NCBI GenBank assembly: GCA_045117595.1
Contig: JBGUNV010000002.1
Coordinates: 2,659-66,658 of the forward strand
DNA: 64,000 nucleotides
Source: Lachnospiraceae bacterium
GTDB taxonomy: Bacteria; Bacillota; Clostridia; Lachnospirales; Lachnospiraceae
Direction: 5' to 3'
Below are positions 26,956-35,945 of this stretch, piece after piece. The first letter of the stretch is position 1. Each line of letters opens with the position of its first letter. The translations under genes were made by a program, and so were the position numbers. A model generated the notes under the pieces. The model saw only the letters and a list, made by a program, of their open reading frames with translations. It ran no database searches and was not told the DNA's origin.

Positions 26956-27956
26956 ATCTGAATCCTTATGTCATACCCTCTGTCAGGGAAGCATTGGAAG
27001 AATCTGTCCGGGAAGGGACGAATATGGCCGGGTGTTACCCCGATCCTGACCAGACGGCTGTCAGGTCTGCGATCGCCAGATCGGAATATGTTGATCCAGA
27101 TTGTGTTTTTGCAGGGAACGGATCATCTGAGATCATAATGGCATTGGTAAATTATCTGTCTCCTTCAAGGGCGCTTCTGGCCAAACCGTGTTTTGACGGC
27201 TACGAATATGCCCTTGAATCTGCACGTGCTTGCAGAATTGAGAAATATGATCTGAAAGAAGAAGAGGGATTCGAGCTTGGAAATGACTTCACCGATATGC
27301 TGTCATGTGATGTAAACCTTCTGTTTCTGACAGATCCGAACAATCCAACCGGCAAAAATACGGATGAAGACCTGCTCGAGGAAATACTTAATACATCAGA
27401 TGAACTTGGAATCAGTGTGATTCTGGATCAGAGCTTTTTTACAATTTCCGACAAATATCTAAAATGCACAGATGAGTATATAGCGGATAAGATCAAACAT
27501 CATAAAAACCTGTTTATCGTCAGATCCTATACAAAAAGCTTTGCACTTCCCGGCATACGGATGGGATATGTCATAAGCTGCCCGGAGAACATATCCGGAC
27601 TCAGGAGATGCGTTCCCGAGTGGAATCTTTCGTCGATCTCAACAGCACTTATGAGAAGGTTATCTGTCATAGCGGCAGACGGGTCATTTTATAATGATTC
27701 GATCAAAATGATTGCAGAAGAGAGACAATATCTTGCCACCGGGTTATCGTGTCTCGGATATACCGTTTTTAGCAGTAATACTAACTTTATACTGCTTAAA
27801 AGTCAAAAAGACATATATGAGAAGCTACTCTCCCGCAGGATACTGATCAGAAGATATGATGATCAAACAGGGCCGGGTCAGAGGTACTTCAGGGTAGCTG
27901 TCAGGAGTCACGAAGATAACATGAAACTTATTGATACACTTTCTGATATAGGATGA
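26904..27956 (+). CDS. cobD: L-threonine-O-3-phosphate decarboxylase (class I/II aminotransferase fold)
   Basis: Starts MHGGDIY. PLP-lysine region SYTKSFALPGIRMGY. Located next to cbiB. Confidence 0.85.
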   Translation: MHGGDIYNNIVDIDFSVNLNPYVIPSVREALEESVREGTNMAGCYPDPDQTAVRSAIARSEYVDPDCVFAGNGSSEIIMALVNYLSPSRALLAKPCFDGYEYALESARACRIEKYDLKEEEGFELGNDFTDMLSCDVNLLFLTDPNNPTGKNTDEDLLEEILNTSDELGISVILDQSFFTISDKYLKCTDEYIADKIKHHKNLFIVRSYTKSFALPGIRMGYVISCPENISGLRRCVPEWNLSSISTALMRRLSVIAADGSFYNDSIKMIAEERQYLATGLSCLGYTVFSSNTNFILLKSQKDIYEKLLSRRILIRRYDDQTGPGQRYFRVAVRSHEDNMKLIDTLSDIG

Positions 27957-27960
27957 ATAA

Positions 27961-29907
27961 ATGGATACACAGCATTTGACGCCTTCCCAAATAGAAAAAA
28001 AGAGTTTTGAGATCATTAGCGAGACGCTATCGGGTATGGATATCATGATCAACGGGCAGGAATACATGCCCGGAAGATCTGATGATCCTTACGAAGAAGT
28101 AATGCTGAGCGTTATAAAACGCTGTATTCATACCACTGCGGACTTTGATTATGCGAAAAACATGTATTTTTCCGAAGGAAGCATAGAAAGGTTTTCGGAG
28201 TTGATCAGATCCGGTGCTACGATAGTTACCGATACAAATATGGCGCTTTCCGGAATAAACAGGAAGACTGCGACCCGGTTCGGATGCAAATTATACTGTT
28301 TTATGGCGGATGAGGATGTCGCCATTGAAGCAGGGGAGAGAAAAATAACACGCGCTACCGTTTCGATGGAGAGGGCAATGAAGCTGGGAGGTCCTGTGAT
28401 CTTCGTTATCGGGAATGCTCCTACAGCCCTTATGACTCTGAAGGAGTTTTATGACCGTAGGGATTATATACCTGCATTTGTCGTTGGGATGCCTGTAGGG
28501 TTCGTTAATGTTGTTTCGGCAAAAGAGATGATAATGCAGACGGACATACCGTATATCATAGGCAGCGGCCGTAAGGGCGGAAGCAATGTGGCGGCGGCTG
28601 TTGTAAATGCGATTCTGTACTCTATGTCTGATAAGGCGGAGAATGCCTGTATCTCATCCGGAGAGGGAAGGGAAAACCGTATTTTGTCTGAAGAGACGGG
28701 CGGGGCCTCAGTTAATAAGGGATTTACAACCGGTAGCTGCGCTGCTGCGGCTGCAAAGGCTGCTGCTTTTATGCTTCTGGATGGAAGGAAGACAGATAAG
28801 ATATCGATAGATACACCGTCGGGGGTCAGATATGAGACGGAGCTGATTGATGTTATGTTAACCTGCGATGACGGCACCGAGAATACCCCCCGGGCAGATC
28901 AGAAGGTTGTGTCGGCAAGCTGCGCTGTCAGAAAGCCCGAATGCGATGATCCTGATGTTACGGCGGGAATGCTCATATATGCAAAGGCTGAGTATGCAAA
29001 TGATGATTCCGGAAGAGAATGTCATGCTCTTAACAGGGAAAGACTATATAATGCAGGATCCGATGATCTGCGTGTGATCATCGAAGGTGGAAAGGGGATA
29101 GGCAAGCTTACAAAGCCGGGACTTGACCGGGAAGTAGGCGAATATGCCATAAATTCCGTGCCACGCAAAATGATCACGGCGGAAGTGCTGTCGGTAATGG
29201 AAGAATATGACTATCAGGGGCCGTTAAGGATTGAAATATCCGCGCCCGAAGGTGAAAAGATCGCGGAAAAGACGTTCAACCATTCATTCGGGATAGAAGG
29301 CGGAATATCCATTATAGGTACGAGCGGGCTTGTTGAGCCGATGAGCACGACGGCTCTGATCGATACGATCCATGTATCGCTTCGTCAGCAAAGAGCCATG
29401 GGATCTGACGTTGTGGTCGTATCCCCGGGTAACTACGGACTTGATTATCTGGTATCGGAGTACGGATATGATCCCGACAGGATCGTTAAATGCTCAAACT
29501 TTATCGGGGAAACCATAGATTTGGCTGTAAAATCAGGCTTTTCCGGGATGCTGCTAACGGGCCACATAGGAAAGCTTGTTAAGGTTTCCGGGGGCATCAT
29601 GAACACGCATTCTTCAGAAGCGGACTGCCGGATGGAACTTCTGGCCTCTGCAGCTGCAAAATGCGGAGCAGACACGGAACTTATCGGAAAAATACTTGAC
29701 TGTGCCTCCACGGAGGAAGCCTGCGGATATGTGATCGATGCCGGGATGAAGGAAGGCTGTTTTGACTATCTGATCCGAAAAATACAGTCAAACTTAATAA
29801 AGCGTTCAAAAGATATGGAGATCGGATGCATCATTTATTCAACCAGGTATGGACAACTCGGAATGACGGATAATGCGGCATCCTTAATGGAAAGAGCAGG
29901 GAAATGA
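27961..29907 (+). CDS. cbiC-cbiD: Fusion: precorrin-8X methylmutase (CbiC) + cobalt-precorrin-5B C1-methyltransferase (CbiD)
   Basis: The N-terminal half has the CbiC motifs HTTADFD and VIGNAPTAL. The C-terminal half has the CbiD motifs GFTTGSCAAAAAKAA and GIEGGISIIGTSG. Confidence 0.85.
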   Translation: MDTQHLTPSQIEKKSFEIISETLSGMDIMINGQEYMPGRSDDPYEEVMLSVIKRCIHTTADFDYAKNMYFSEGSIERFSELIRSGATIVTDTNMALSGINRKTATRFGCKLYCFMADEDVAIEAGERKITRATVSMERAMKLGGPVIFVIGNAPTALMTLKEFYDRRDYIPAFVVGMPVGFVNVVSAKEMIMQTDIPYIIGSGRKGGSNVAAAVVNAILYSMSDKAENACISSGEGRENRILSEETGGASVNKGFTTGSCAAAAAKAAAFMLLDGRKTDKISIDTPSGVRYETELIDVMLTCDDGTENTPRADQKVVSASCAVRKPECDDPDVTAGMLIYAKAEYANDDSGRECHALNRERLYNAGSDDLRVIIEGGKGIGKLTKPGLDREVGEYAINSVPRKMITAEVLSVMEEYDYQGPLRIEISAPEGEKIAEKTFNHSFGIEGGISIIGTSGLVEPMSTTALIDTIHVSLRQQRAMGSDVVVVSPGNYGLDYLVSEYGYDPDRIVKCSNFIGETIDLAVKSGFSGMLLTGHIGKLVKVSGGIMNTHSSEADCRMELLASAAAKCGADTELIGKILDCASTEEACGYVIDAGMKEGCFDYLIRKIQSNLIKRSKDMEIGCIIYSTRYGQLGMTDNAASLMERAGK

Positions 29908-29908
29908 T

Positions 29909-30667
29909 ATGATACACTTTGTAGGTGCAGGCCCCGGAGCCGTTGATCTTATAACAGTCAGGGGTATGAAACTCATAGAGGAAGCTGATGTGATAATCTA
30001 TGCCGGAAGCCTCGTAAATCCGGCTCTGCTTGATAGTGCCAGAAAGGATGCGAAAGTATATAACAGCGCTACGATGACCCTCGAGGAGGTCATCGAAGTT
30101 ATGTTAACCGCAGAAGAACAGGGGAAAACCACGGTAAGGCTTCATACGGGGGATGCGAGCATATACGGAGCCGTAAGGGAGCAGATGGATATCCTTGATG
30201 AGAAGGGTATAGCATATGATTCCTGTCCCGGAGTCAGTGCCTGTTTTGGTGCTGCGGCTTCTCTAAATATCGAATATACACTGCCTGATGTATCACAGAC
30301 CCTCATAATAACAAGGATGGAGGGCAGGACGCCGGTACCGGATGAGGAATCGATAGAAAAACTGGCAGGACACCATGCATCAATGGCGATATATTTAAGT
30401 GCGGGCGATCTGGATGAACTGTCGCGCCGTCTCATGGCCGGAGGAATACCGGAAGATACTCCCGCAGCGATTGTATACAAGGCCACCTGGCCTGAAGAAA
30501 AAAGCTTCATCTGCACGGTCGGAGAGCTGGGAAATACAGGTAGGAAAAATCACATTACAAAGACCGCGGTTGTATTGGTCGGAAAAGCCGTAACCCATGA
30601 TAAATACAGCAGATCAAGGCTTTACGCCCCTGATTTTTCTACCGGATTTCGAGAAGCAAAAGAATAA
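29909..30667 (+). CDS. cbiF: Cobalt-precorrin-4 C11-methyltransferase
   Basis: IHFVGAGPGAVDLITVRG and LHTGDASIYGA, typical of tetrapyrrole methylases. The length fits CbiF. Confidence 0.85.
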   Translation: MIHFVGAGPGAVDLITVRGMKLIEEADVIIYAGSLVNPALLDSARKDAKVYNSATMTLEEVIEVMLTAEEQGKTTVRLHTGDASIYGAVREQMDILDEKGIAYDSCPGVSACFGAAASLNIEYTLPDVSQTLIITRMEGRTPVPDEESIEKLAGHHASMAIYLSAGDLDELSRRLMAGGIPEDTPAAIVYKATWPEEKSFICTVGELGNTGRKNHITKTAVVLVGKAVTHDKYSRSRLYAPDFSTGFREAKE

Positions 30668-30719
30668 ATAACACCATAAAATAACACTAATGAATAACAT
30701 ATAGTATTTTATAAGCAAA

Positions 30720-31775
30720 ATGGAAAAACGGATCATATGCTTCAGCCAAAAGGGCAGGGAAGTAGCAGAAGGTTTAAATAGAAAATATAAGGACGCGGGT
30801 ATCGAACCTGCAACCGTTTTTTACGGCTTTGATTTTCCGGGCGAAAGTGCAGTAGAAGGTACAGTCGAAGGTACAGGCAAAGATCTCGTAGATGTAACAA
30901 AAGGCGAAGAGTATCCCCGTGTGACTATCGCGGATTTTGCAAAGGAAGGTTTTGCGGCAGGAGCAGCTCTTATTTTTACAGGTGCGGTCGGTATAGCAGT
31001 TCGTGCGATAAGCTCTTATGTAAAGGATAAGCTTACGGACAGTCCTGTGGTAGTTATCGACGATAACGGACGGTTCGTGATACCGTTACTGGCCGGACAT
31101 GCAGGCGGAGCCAACAAGATCGCCGCTACTATAGCCGGGCTTATCGGAGCGATACCGGTCATCACTACATCTACGGATGCGGGCGGTGCTTTTTCCGCAG
31201 ATGTGTTTGCTGCTGAAAATGCACTTACGATCAGGAACCGGGACGGTATCAAAAAGGTATCGGCCAAAGCGGTTGAGGGGAAACCGGTAACGTTGTCCAT
31301 AAAGGATTATCCACCGTCCGATCCGGTTGACATAATTATCGCAGATGAGACTGACAGGGAGTATTCACTCCTCCTGTCTCCGAAAGGATATACGATCGGG
31401 ATAGGCCTGAAAAAGGGCAAGGATCCTGCAGAACTGGAGGATTATGTCCTGTCTATGTTACGGGACAGGGATATAGATATCAATGACGTATATGCCGTAT
31501 GTACGATCGATGTCAAGGAAAATGAGAGAGCACTAAGGATGCTGTGCGATAAATACAGACTTCCTCTTATAACCTTTGAAGCGTCGCTGCTTCAAAAGGC
31601 ACAGGGGGATTTTACGGCTTCTGATTTTGTGAAGGAAACCGTCGGGACAGATAATGTGTGTGAAAGAGCCGCAGTTCTCGGGGGTGGTCCGGGTGCTGAA
31701 CTTATTATCCGCAAAATGGCGCATGAAGGCATGACAATAGCTGTGGCAAAGCGCCGGCTGAAAGGAAACGGATGA
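30720..31775 (+). CDS. cbiG: Cobalt-precorrin-5A hydrolase
   Basis: LLAGHAGGANKIA and GTDNVCERAA motifs, and the position between cbiF and cbiH. Confidence 0.8.
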   Translation: MEKRIICFSQKGREVAEGLNRKYKDAGIEPATVFYGFDFPGESAVEGTVEGTGKDLVDVTKGEEYPRVTIADFAKEGFAAGAALIFTGAVGIAVRAISSYVKDKLTDSPVVVIDDNGRFVIPLLAGHAGGANKIAATIAGLIGAIPVITTSTDAGGAFSADVFAAENALTIRNRDGIKKVSAKAVEGKPVTLSIKDYPPSDPVDIIIADETDREYSLLLSPKGYTIGIGLKKGKDPAELEDYVLSMLRDRDIDINDVYAVCTIDVKENERALRMLCDKYRLPLITFEASLLQKAQGDFTASDFVKETVGTDNVCERAAVLGGGPGAELIIRKMAHEGMTIAVAKRRLKGNG

Positions 31776-31779
31776 GTAT

Positions 31780-32511
31780 ATGGGCAGGATTTATGTGATA
31801 GGTATAGGCCCCGGGGATATTTCCTCAATGACCAAAAGAGCATTACAGGCGATTGAAGAATGTGATGTGATCGTCGGATACAGGGTATATATGGATCTGG
31901 TCAAGGAGATATGTACCGGAAAACAGGTTATAGAGTCTGGTATGCGGCAGGAAACAGAAAGATGCAGGACATGTATTGATCTTGCTAAAGAAGGCAGGAC
32001 GGTCGGACTTGTGTGCAGCGGAGATGCCGGAGTATACGGAATGGCCTCTCCCATGCTTGAGATTGCTGAAGAAGAGGGCTTTTCCGATGTGGTGATCGTT
32101 CCCGGAGTGACCAGTGCCCTGTCATCTGCGGCGCTCCTTGGAGCTCCGATAGGGCACGATTTTTGTGTTATAAGCTTAAGTGACCTGCTGACACCGTGGG
32201 ATGTCATTGAAAAGAGACTGAATGCTGCCGCAATGGCGGATTTTTGCATCGTTATATATAATCCCGCAAGCAATAAAAGACCGGATTATCTGAAAAGAGC
32301 ATGCCAAGTTATGTCAACCACAATACCACCCGAACGCCCGTGCGGATATGTCAGAAATGCCGGAAGAGACGGTGAGAATGTCACGGTCTGTACGTTTGAG
32401 GAACTGGATAATGCTGCGGCAGATATGTATACGACCGTTTTTATTGGAAATTCCGCAACAAAGGTAATTAACGGTAAGCTCATAACACCGAGAGGATATA
32501 CGATAGATTGA
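31780..32511 (+). CDS. cbiH: Cobalt-precorrin-3B C17-methyltransferase
   Basis: IYVIGIGPGD, VCSGDAGVYGMASP, and typical length. Confidence 0.85.
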   Translation: MGRIYVIGIGPGDISSMTKRALQAIEECDVIVGYRVYMDLVKEICTGKQVIESGMRQETERCRTCIDLAKEGRTVGLVCSGDAGVYGMASPMLEIAEEEGFSDVVIVPGVTSALSSAALLGAPIGHDFCVISLSDLLTPWDVIEKRLNAAAMADFCIVIYNPASNKRPDYLKRACQVMSTTIPPERPCGYVRNAGRDGENVTVCTFEELDNAAADMYTTVFIGNSATKVINGKLITPRGYTID

Positions 32512-34043
32512 AGATCATGATTTTTTCGGGTACAACAGAAGGAAGAAAACTGTCCCGGATGCTGTCAGAAAGCAGGATTGACCACTTTCTGTGCGTGGCG
32601 ACTTCCTATGGCAGCGATGTTATGGAGAAAAGCCCGTATGTCGTGATAAATGTCGGTCGTATGGATTCTGAAGGCATGACCCTGTATATGGATAAATGCG
32701 GATTCGGCGAAGAGGATATGGTAGTTGATGTAACACATCCGTATGCTGTCGAGGTAAGCCGCAATATCATACAGGCAGCAGAAAAAAAAGGCTGCAGGCT
32801 GCTCCGTGTTGAGAGGGATAAAACCGGTGAGAAAGAGGACGAAAAGGAAGATGGAAGTTATGTAAACTACATTGATTCGATAGAATCCTTTGCCCGGCTC
32901 ATCGGGGACAGACCCGGGAATATACTGCTCACCACCGGGAGCAGGGATCTTCCGGTATACTGCGGGAGCGTGTCGGATAAAACGCTCGAAAGGACGTATA
33001 TACGCGTACTTCCGGCCGAGGAAAGCATCAGGGCATGTTCTGACCTCGGGATAAAAAGTACGAACATTATAGCAATGCACGGCCCGTTTTCGTACGAACT
33101 TAATGCAGCTTTGTTCAGACAGTATGATATCAGGCATATTCTTACCAAGGACAGCGGGACGACGGGAGGATACCCGGAGAAGGTGATGGCAGCTTCGGAT
33201 CTCGGCATTTCGGTTTATGTTCTGAAGCGGCCGGAAAAAGAAGGAAATACCGAAGGCTTTAGCGTATATAAGGCGTTTGAAGAGATCACGGGTCGCAGAT
33301 ATGAGCCGAAGAGAACCATAGTCCTGGCAGGCGCCGGTCCGGGCGGATGGAATGCCCTGACCATAGCGGCAGCGGAGAGTTTATCAGCGGCCGATGCGGT
33401 ATTTGGTGCAAAAAGGGTTCTCGATCCGCTGTATCGTGATAGTGATTCAACTGTTTCGCCTTCGAGACATATAACCGGCAGAAGATATGATATGTACAGG
33501 GCCGGCGACATTATCGAAGTCCTTGATAATGAGCCCGATATCAGGAATGCAGTTATACTCTTTTCGGGAGATACGGGATTTTACAGTGGGGCAGGGGCCT
33601 GCCGAAAAGAACTCGAAAGCAGGTTCAAGGATGCGGATATTACCGTGATTCCCGGAATTTCTTCAGTGTCATACCTTGTTGCCGTGCTGCATGAAACTTA
33701 TGATGATGCTGTTGTAACGAGTATCCACGGAAGAAATAGTTTACATAACATAGAGAAACTGACATATCTTGTCAGAAATAACCGCAAGACCTTTGCTCTT
33801 ATGTCCGATGACAGCGATGTCAGAAAATGCGCAAAAATGCTGGGTGAAGCGGGGATAGACGCGACGGTTATCTGCGGGATTAACCTGAGCGGAGATATCA
33901 ACACGGGAAGTCACGTAAACCCGGATCAGAAAAATGATGAAAGTGTAATAAGACTGTCAATAAAAGAAGCTCAGACATTCGTCTCCGAAGGATTAATAAC
34001 GGTGTTATTTATAAACGATAACCATGAAAAAAGCCATGAGTGA
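32508..34043 (+). CDS. cbiJ-cbiE: Fusion: cobalt-precorrin-6A reductase (CbiJ) + cobalt-precorrin-7 C5-methyltransferase (CbiE)
   Basis: The N-terminus MIFSGTTEGRKLS...THPYA...LTKDSG matches CbiJ/CobK. The C-terminal part, IVLAGAGPGG...FSGDTGFYSG, is a CbiE-type methylase. The remaining length is too short for a CbiT module. Confidence 0.75.
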   Translation: MKIMIFSGTTEGRKLSRMLSESRIDHFLCVATSYGSDVMEKSPYVVINVGRMDSEGMTLYMDKCGFGEEDMVVDVTHPYAVEVSRNIIQAAEKKGCRLLRVERDKTGEKEDEKEDGSYVNYIDSIESFARLIGDRPGNILLTTGSRDLPVYCGSVSDKTLERTYIRVLPAEESIRACSDLGIKSTNIIAMHGPFSYELNAALFRQYDIRHILTKDSGTTGGYPEKVMAASDLGISVYVLKRPEKEGNTEGFSVYKAFEEITGRRYEPKRTIVLAGAGPGGWNALTIAAAESLSAADAVFGAKRVLDPLYRDSDSTVSPSRHITGRRYDMYRAGDIIEVLDNEPDIRNAVILFSGDTGFYSGAGACRKELESRFKDADITVIPGISSVSYLVAVLHETYDDAVVTSIHGRNSLHNIEKLTYLVRNNRKTFALMSDDSDVRKCAKMLGEAGIDATVICGINLSGDINTGSHVNPDQKNDESVIRLSIKEAQTFVSEGLITVLFINDNHEKSHE

Positions 34044-35505
34044 AGACGCAAATAAAAATGATCGTGATATGACAGCAGGACTAATGGTGCCAAGAGTCAT
34101 GATAGCAGCTGATGCAAGCGGGGCGGGCAAGACCATTATGACATGCGCACTTCTTCACATACTGAAGGAGCGTGGGCCTGATCCGGCTCCGTTTAAATGC
34201 GGGCCCGATTATATAGATCCTATGTATCATCTGACACAATGCGATGTACCGTCAGTAAACCTCGACACGTTCCTGGCGGGCAGGAGTGCCATACCGGAGC
34301 TGGTCGCAACAGCTTTCGGCCGTTATGCCGTGATCGAAGGGGTGATGGGGATATATGACGGTATATCTCCGGATTCGTTTGAAGGATCGTGTTATGAGAT
34401 AGCACAGCTATCACACACTCCTATAATACTTACGGTTGACGCTGCAGGTGCCGGAAGAACGCTGATCTCGCGTATTAAGGGTATACTGGCCGATGACAGG
34501 GAGCATCTGATAAAGGGGATAATATTAAACCGTATGTCAGATGCATATTATTCAAGGTCGTATGCCGCATTTTCCGAGGAACTTGCCCGGTGCGGTTATG
34601 AGACAAAGATTCTGGGCAATATCCCGAAGCTCGAGGCGGCCGGTATGGACAGCAGGCACCTCGGACTTAAGATGCCGAATGAGATTGATGATATCAGGAA
34701 GCGTATCGGTGACGTCGCCGATGTGCTCGGTAAATGCTGTGATATTGATGGTATCATAAGGATCATGGAAGAGGCGCCGCCCGTATTTTCCGAAGATGAT
34801 GCGGCAACCGTTAACGAAGATAATACTGAAAGGACAGACTGCAAAAGCCTTGCAGGTGTGCATCTGGCCGTTGCAAGGGATGAGGCATTCTGTTTTTACT
34901 ACAGCGAAAACCTCCGTCTGCTTGAAAGGATGGGCGCAAAAACAGAGTATTTTTCACCCATACATGATAAGGCGATTCCAAAGAAGGCGAATGCACTCCT
35001 TATCGGAGGCGGATATCCCGAGCTGTATCTGGAGGAACTGTCAAAAAACACCTCAATGCTCGGATCGGTGCGAAGCGCGATAAATGCAGGTATGCCAAGC
35101 ATCGCAGAATGCGGCGGGTTCATGTATCTGCATAAAACGGTCTGTGACCGGGACGGAAGAGAGTATGACCTTGTTGGTGCGGTAGACGGAAAATGCACTT
35201 ATACCGGACATCTTGTAAACTTCGGATATACCATGGTGAAGGGTGGAAACCCTGATAGATCCGCTGACGATTCGAAACAAAAAGGTGTTGCGGAAGTTCT
35301 TGCAGGTATGAGAGGGCATGAATTCCATTACTATGACAGTACCTGCAATGGAGAGGATATTGAGTTATGTAAACCTTCGACAGGTAAAACATATCAGGGG
35401 ATGATAGCCGGGGCCGCCCGTCTATGGGGATGGCCGCATCTGTACTATCCGTCGGCACCGGATGCCGTCATAAAAATCCTTAAGCCCGCAGATGATATCA
35501 GATAA
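34024..35505 (+). CDS. cbiA: Cobyrinate a,c-diamide synthase
   Basis: AADASGAGKT P-loop, FKCGPDYIDP, and a GATase region with IAECGGFMYL and GHEFHY. Confidence 0.85.
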   Translation: MKKAMSEDANKNDRDMTAGLMVPRVMIAADASGAGKTIMTCALLHILKERGPDPAPFKCGPDYIDPMYHLTQCDVPSVNLDTFLAGRSAIPELVATAFGRYAVIEGVMGIYDGISPDSFEGSCYEIAQLSHTPIILTVDAAGAGRTLISRIKGILADDREHLIKGIILNRMSDAYYSRSYAAFSEELARCGYETKILGNIPKLEAAGMDSRHLGLKMPNEIDDIRKRIGDVADVLGKCCDIDGIIRIMEEAPPVFSEDDAATVNEDNTERTDCKSLAGVHLAVARDEAFCFYYSENLRLLERMGAKTEYFSPIHDKAIPKKANALLIGGGYPELYLEELSKNTSMLGSVRSAINAGMPSIAECGGFMYLHKTVCDRDGREYDLVGAVDGKCTYTGHLVNFGYTMVKGGNPDRSADDSKQKGVAEVLAGMRGHEFHYYDSTCNGEDIELCKPSTGKTYQGMIAGAARLWGWPHLYYPSAPDAVIKILKPADDIR

Positions 35506-35553
35506 CAGCGACCGAAGACGATAACGAAGGAATTCATAGAATATTGAGGTACC

Positions 35554-35790
35554 ATGGAAAATTCAACGACTTTTTTTGCAAACAAAGCATGTAAATACTA
35601 CCCATGTCATGAATGCAGCGAGGACATCAACTGCCTGTTCTGCTACTGTCCGTTGTATGGGATGGACTGTCCCGGCGATTATACGATGGTAAAAAAGGGC
35701 GATAAAGAAGTCAAAAGCTGTGTGAACTGCACATTTCCGCATATCGCGTCAAATTACCCCGATGTGATCAGACTGTTAAAACTCCGGTAA
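35554..35790 (+). CDS. Cysteine-rich small domain protein (zf-like family seen in cobalamin clusters)
   Basis: 78 aa with the motif CKYYPCH..C..INCLFCYCPLY..CPG...C.NC. The family call is from memory of the Pfam Cysteine-rich small domain. Confidence 0.6.
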   Translation: MENSTTFFANKACKYYPCHECSEDINCLFCYCPLYGMDCPGDYTMVKKGDKEVKSCVNCTFPHIASNYPDVIRLLKLR

Positions 35791-35868
35791 GTCAATCTTA
35801 TGGTCAGATTTGTCCGTTCAGTTAGGCTGTTTTTGGTAATATTACTATAAAAGAGACAACTGTCAGTA

Positions 35869-35897
35869 TTGTAAAAGTATGTGATTGACATTATAAT
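35869..35897 (+). promoter_or_regulatory. Putative promoter of the TIR/RyR operon
   Basis: TTGTAA (35869-35874), a 17-nt spacer, then TATAAT (35892-35897). It lies 48 nt upstream of the ATG, which has the Shine-Dalgarno sequence GAGGAGG. Confidence 0.5.
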
Positions 35898-35945
35898 TCA
35901 ATTCATGCGGATTAAGCAGAAATATATTATTGCGAGGAGGACGAA

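Noticed and set aside
30668-30719. Three spaced copies of AATAACA(C) in the cbiF-cbiG spacer (AATAACACcataAAATAACACtaatgAATAACA).
   Set aside because: This is a very short, A/T-rich motif in a 52-nt spacer. It is compatible with chance or simple slippage, and no symmetry suggests a binding site.
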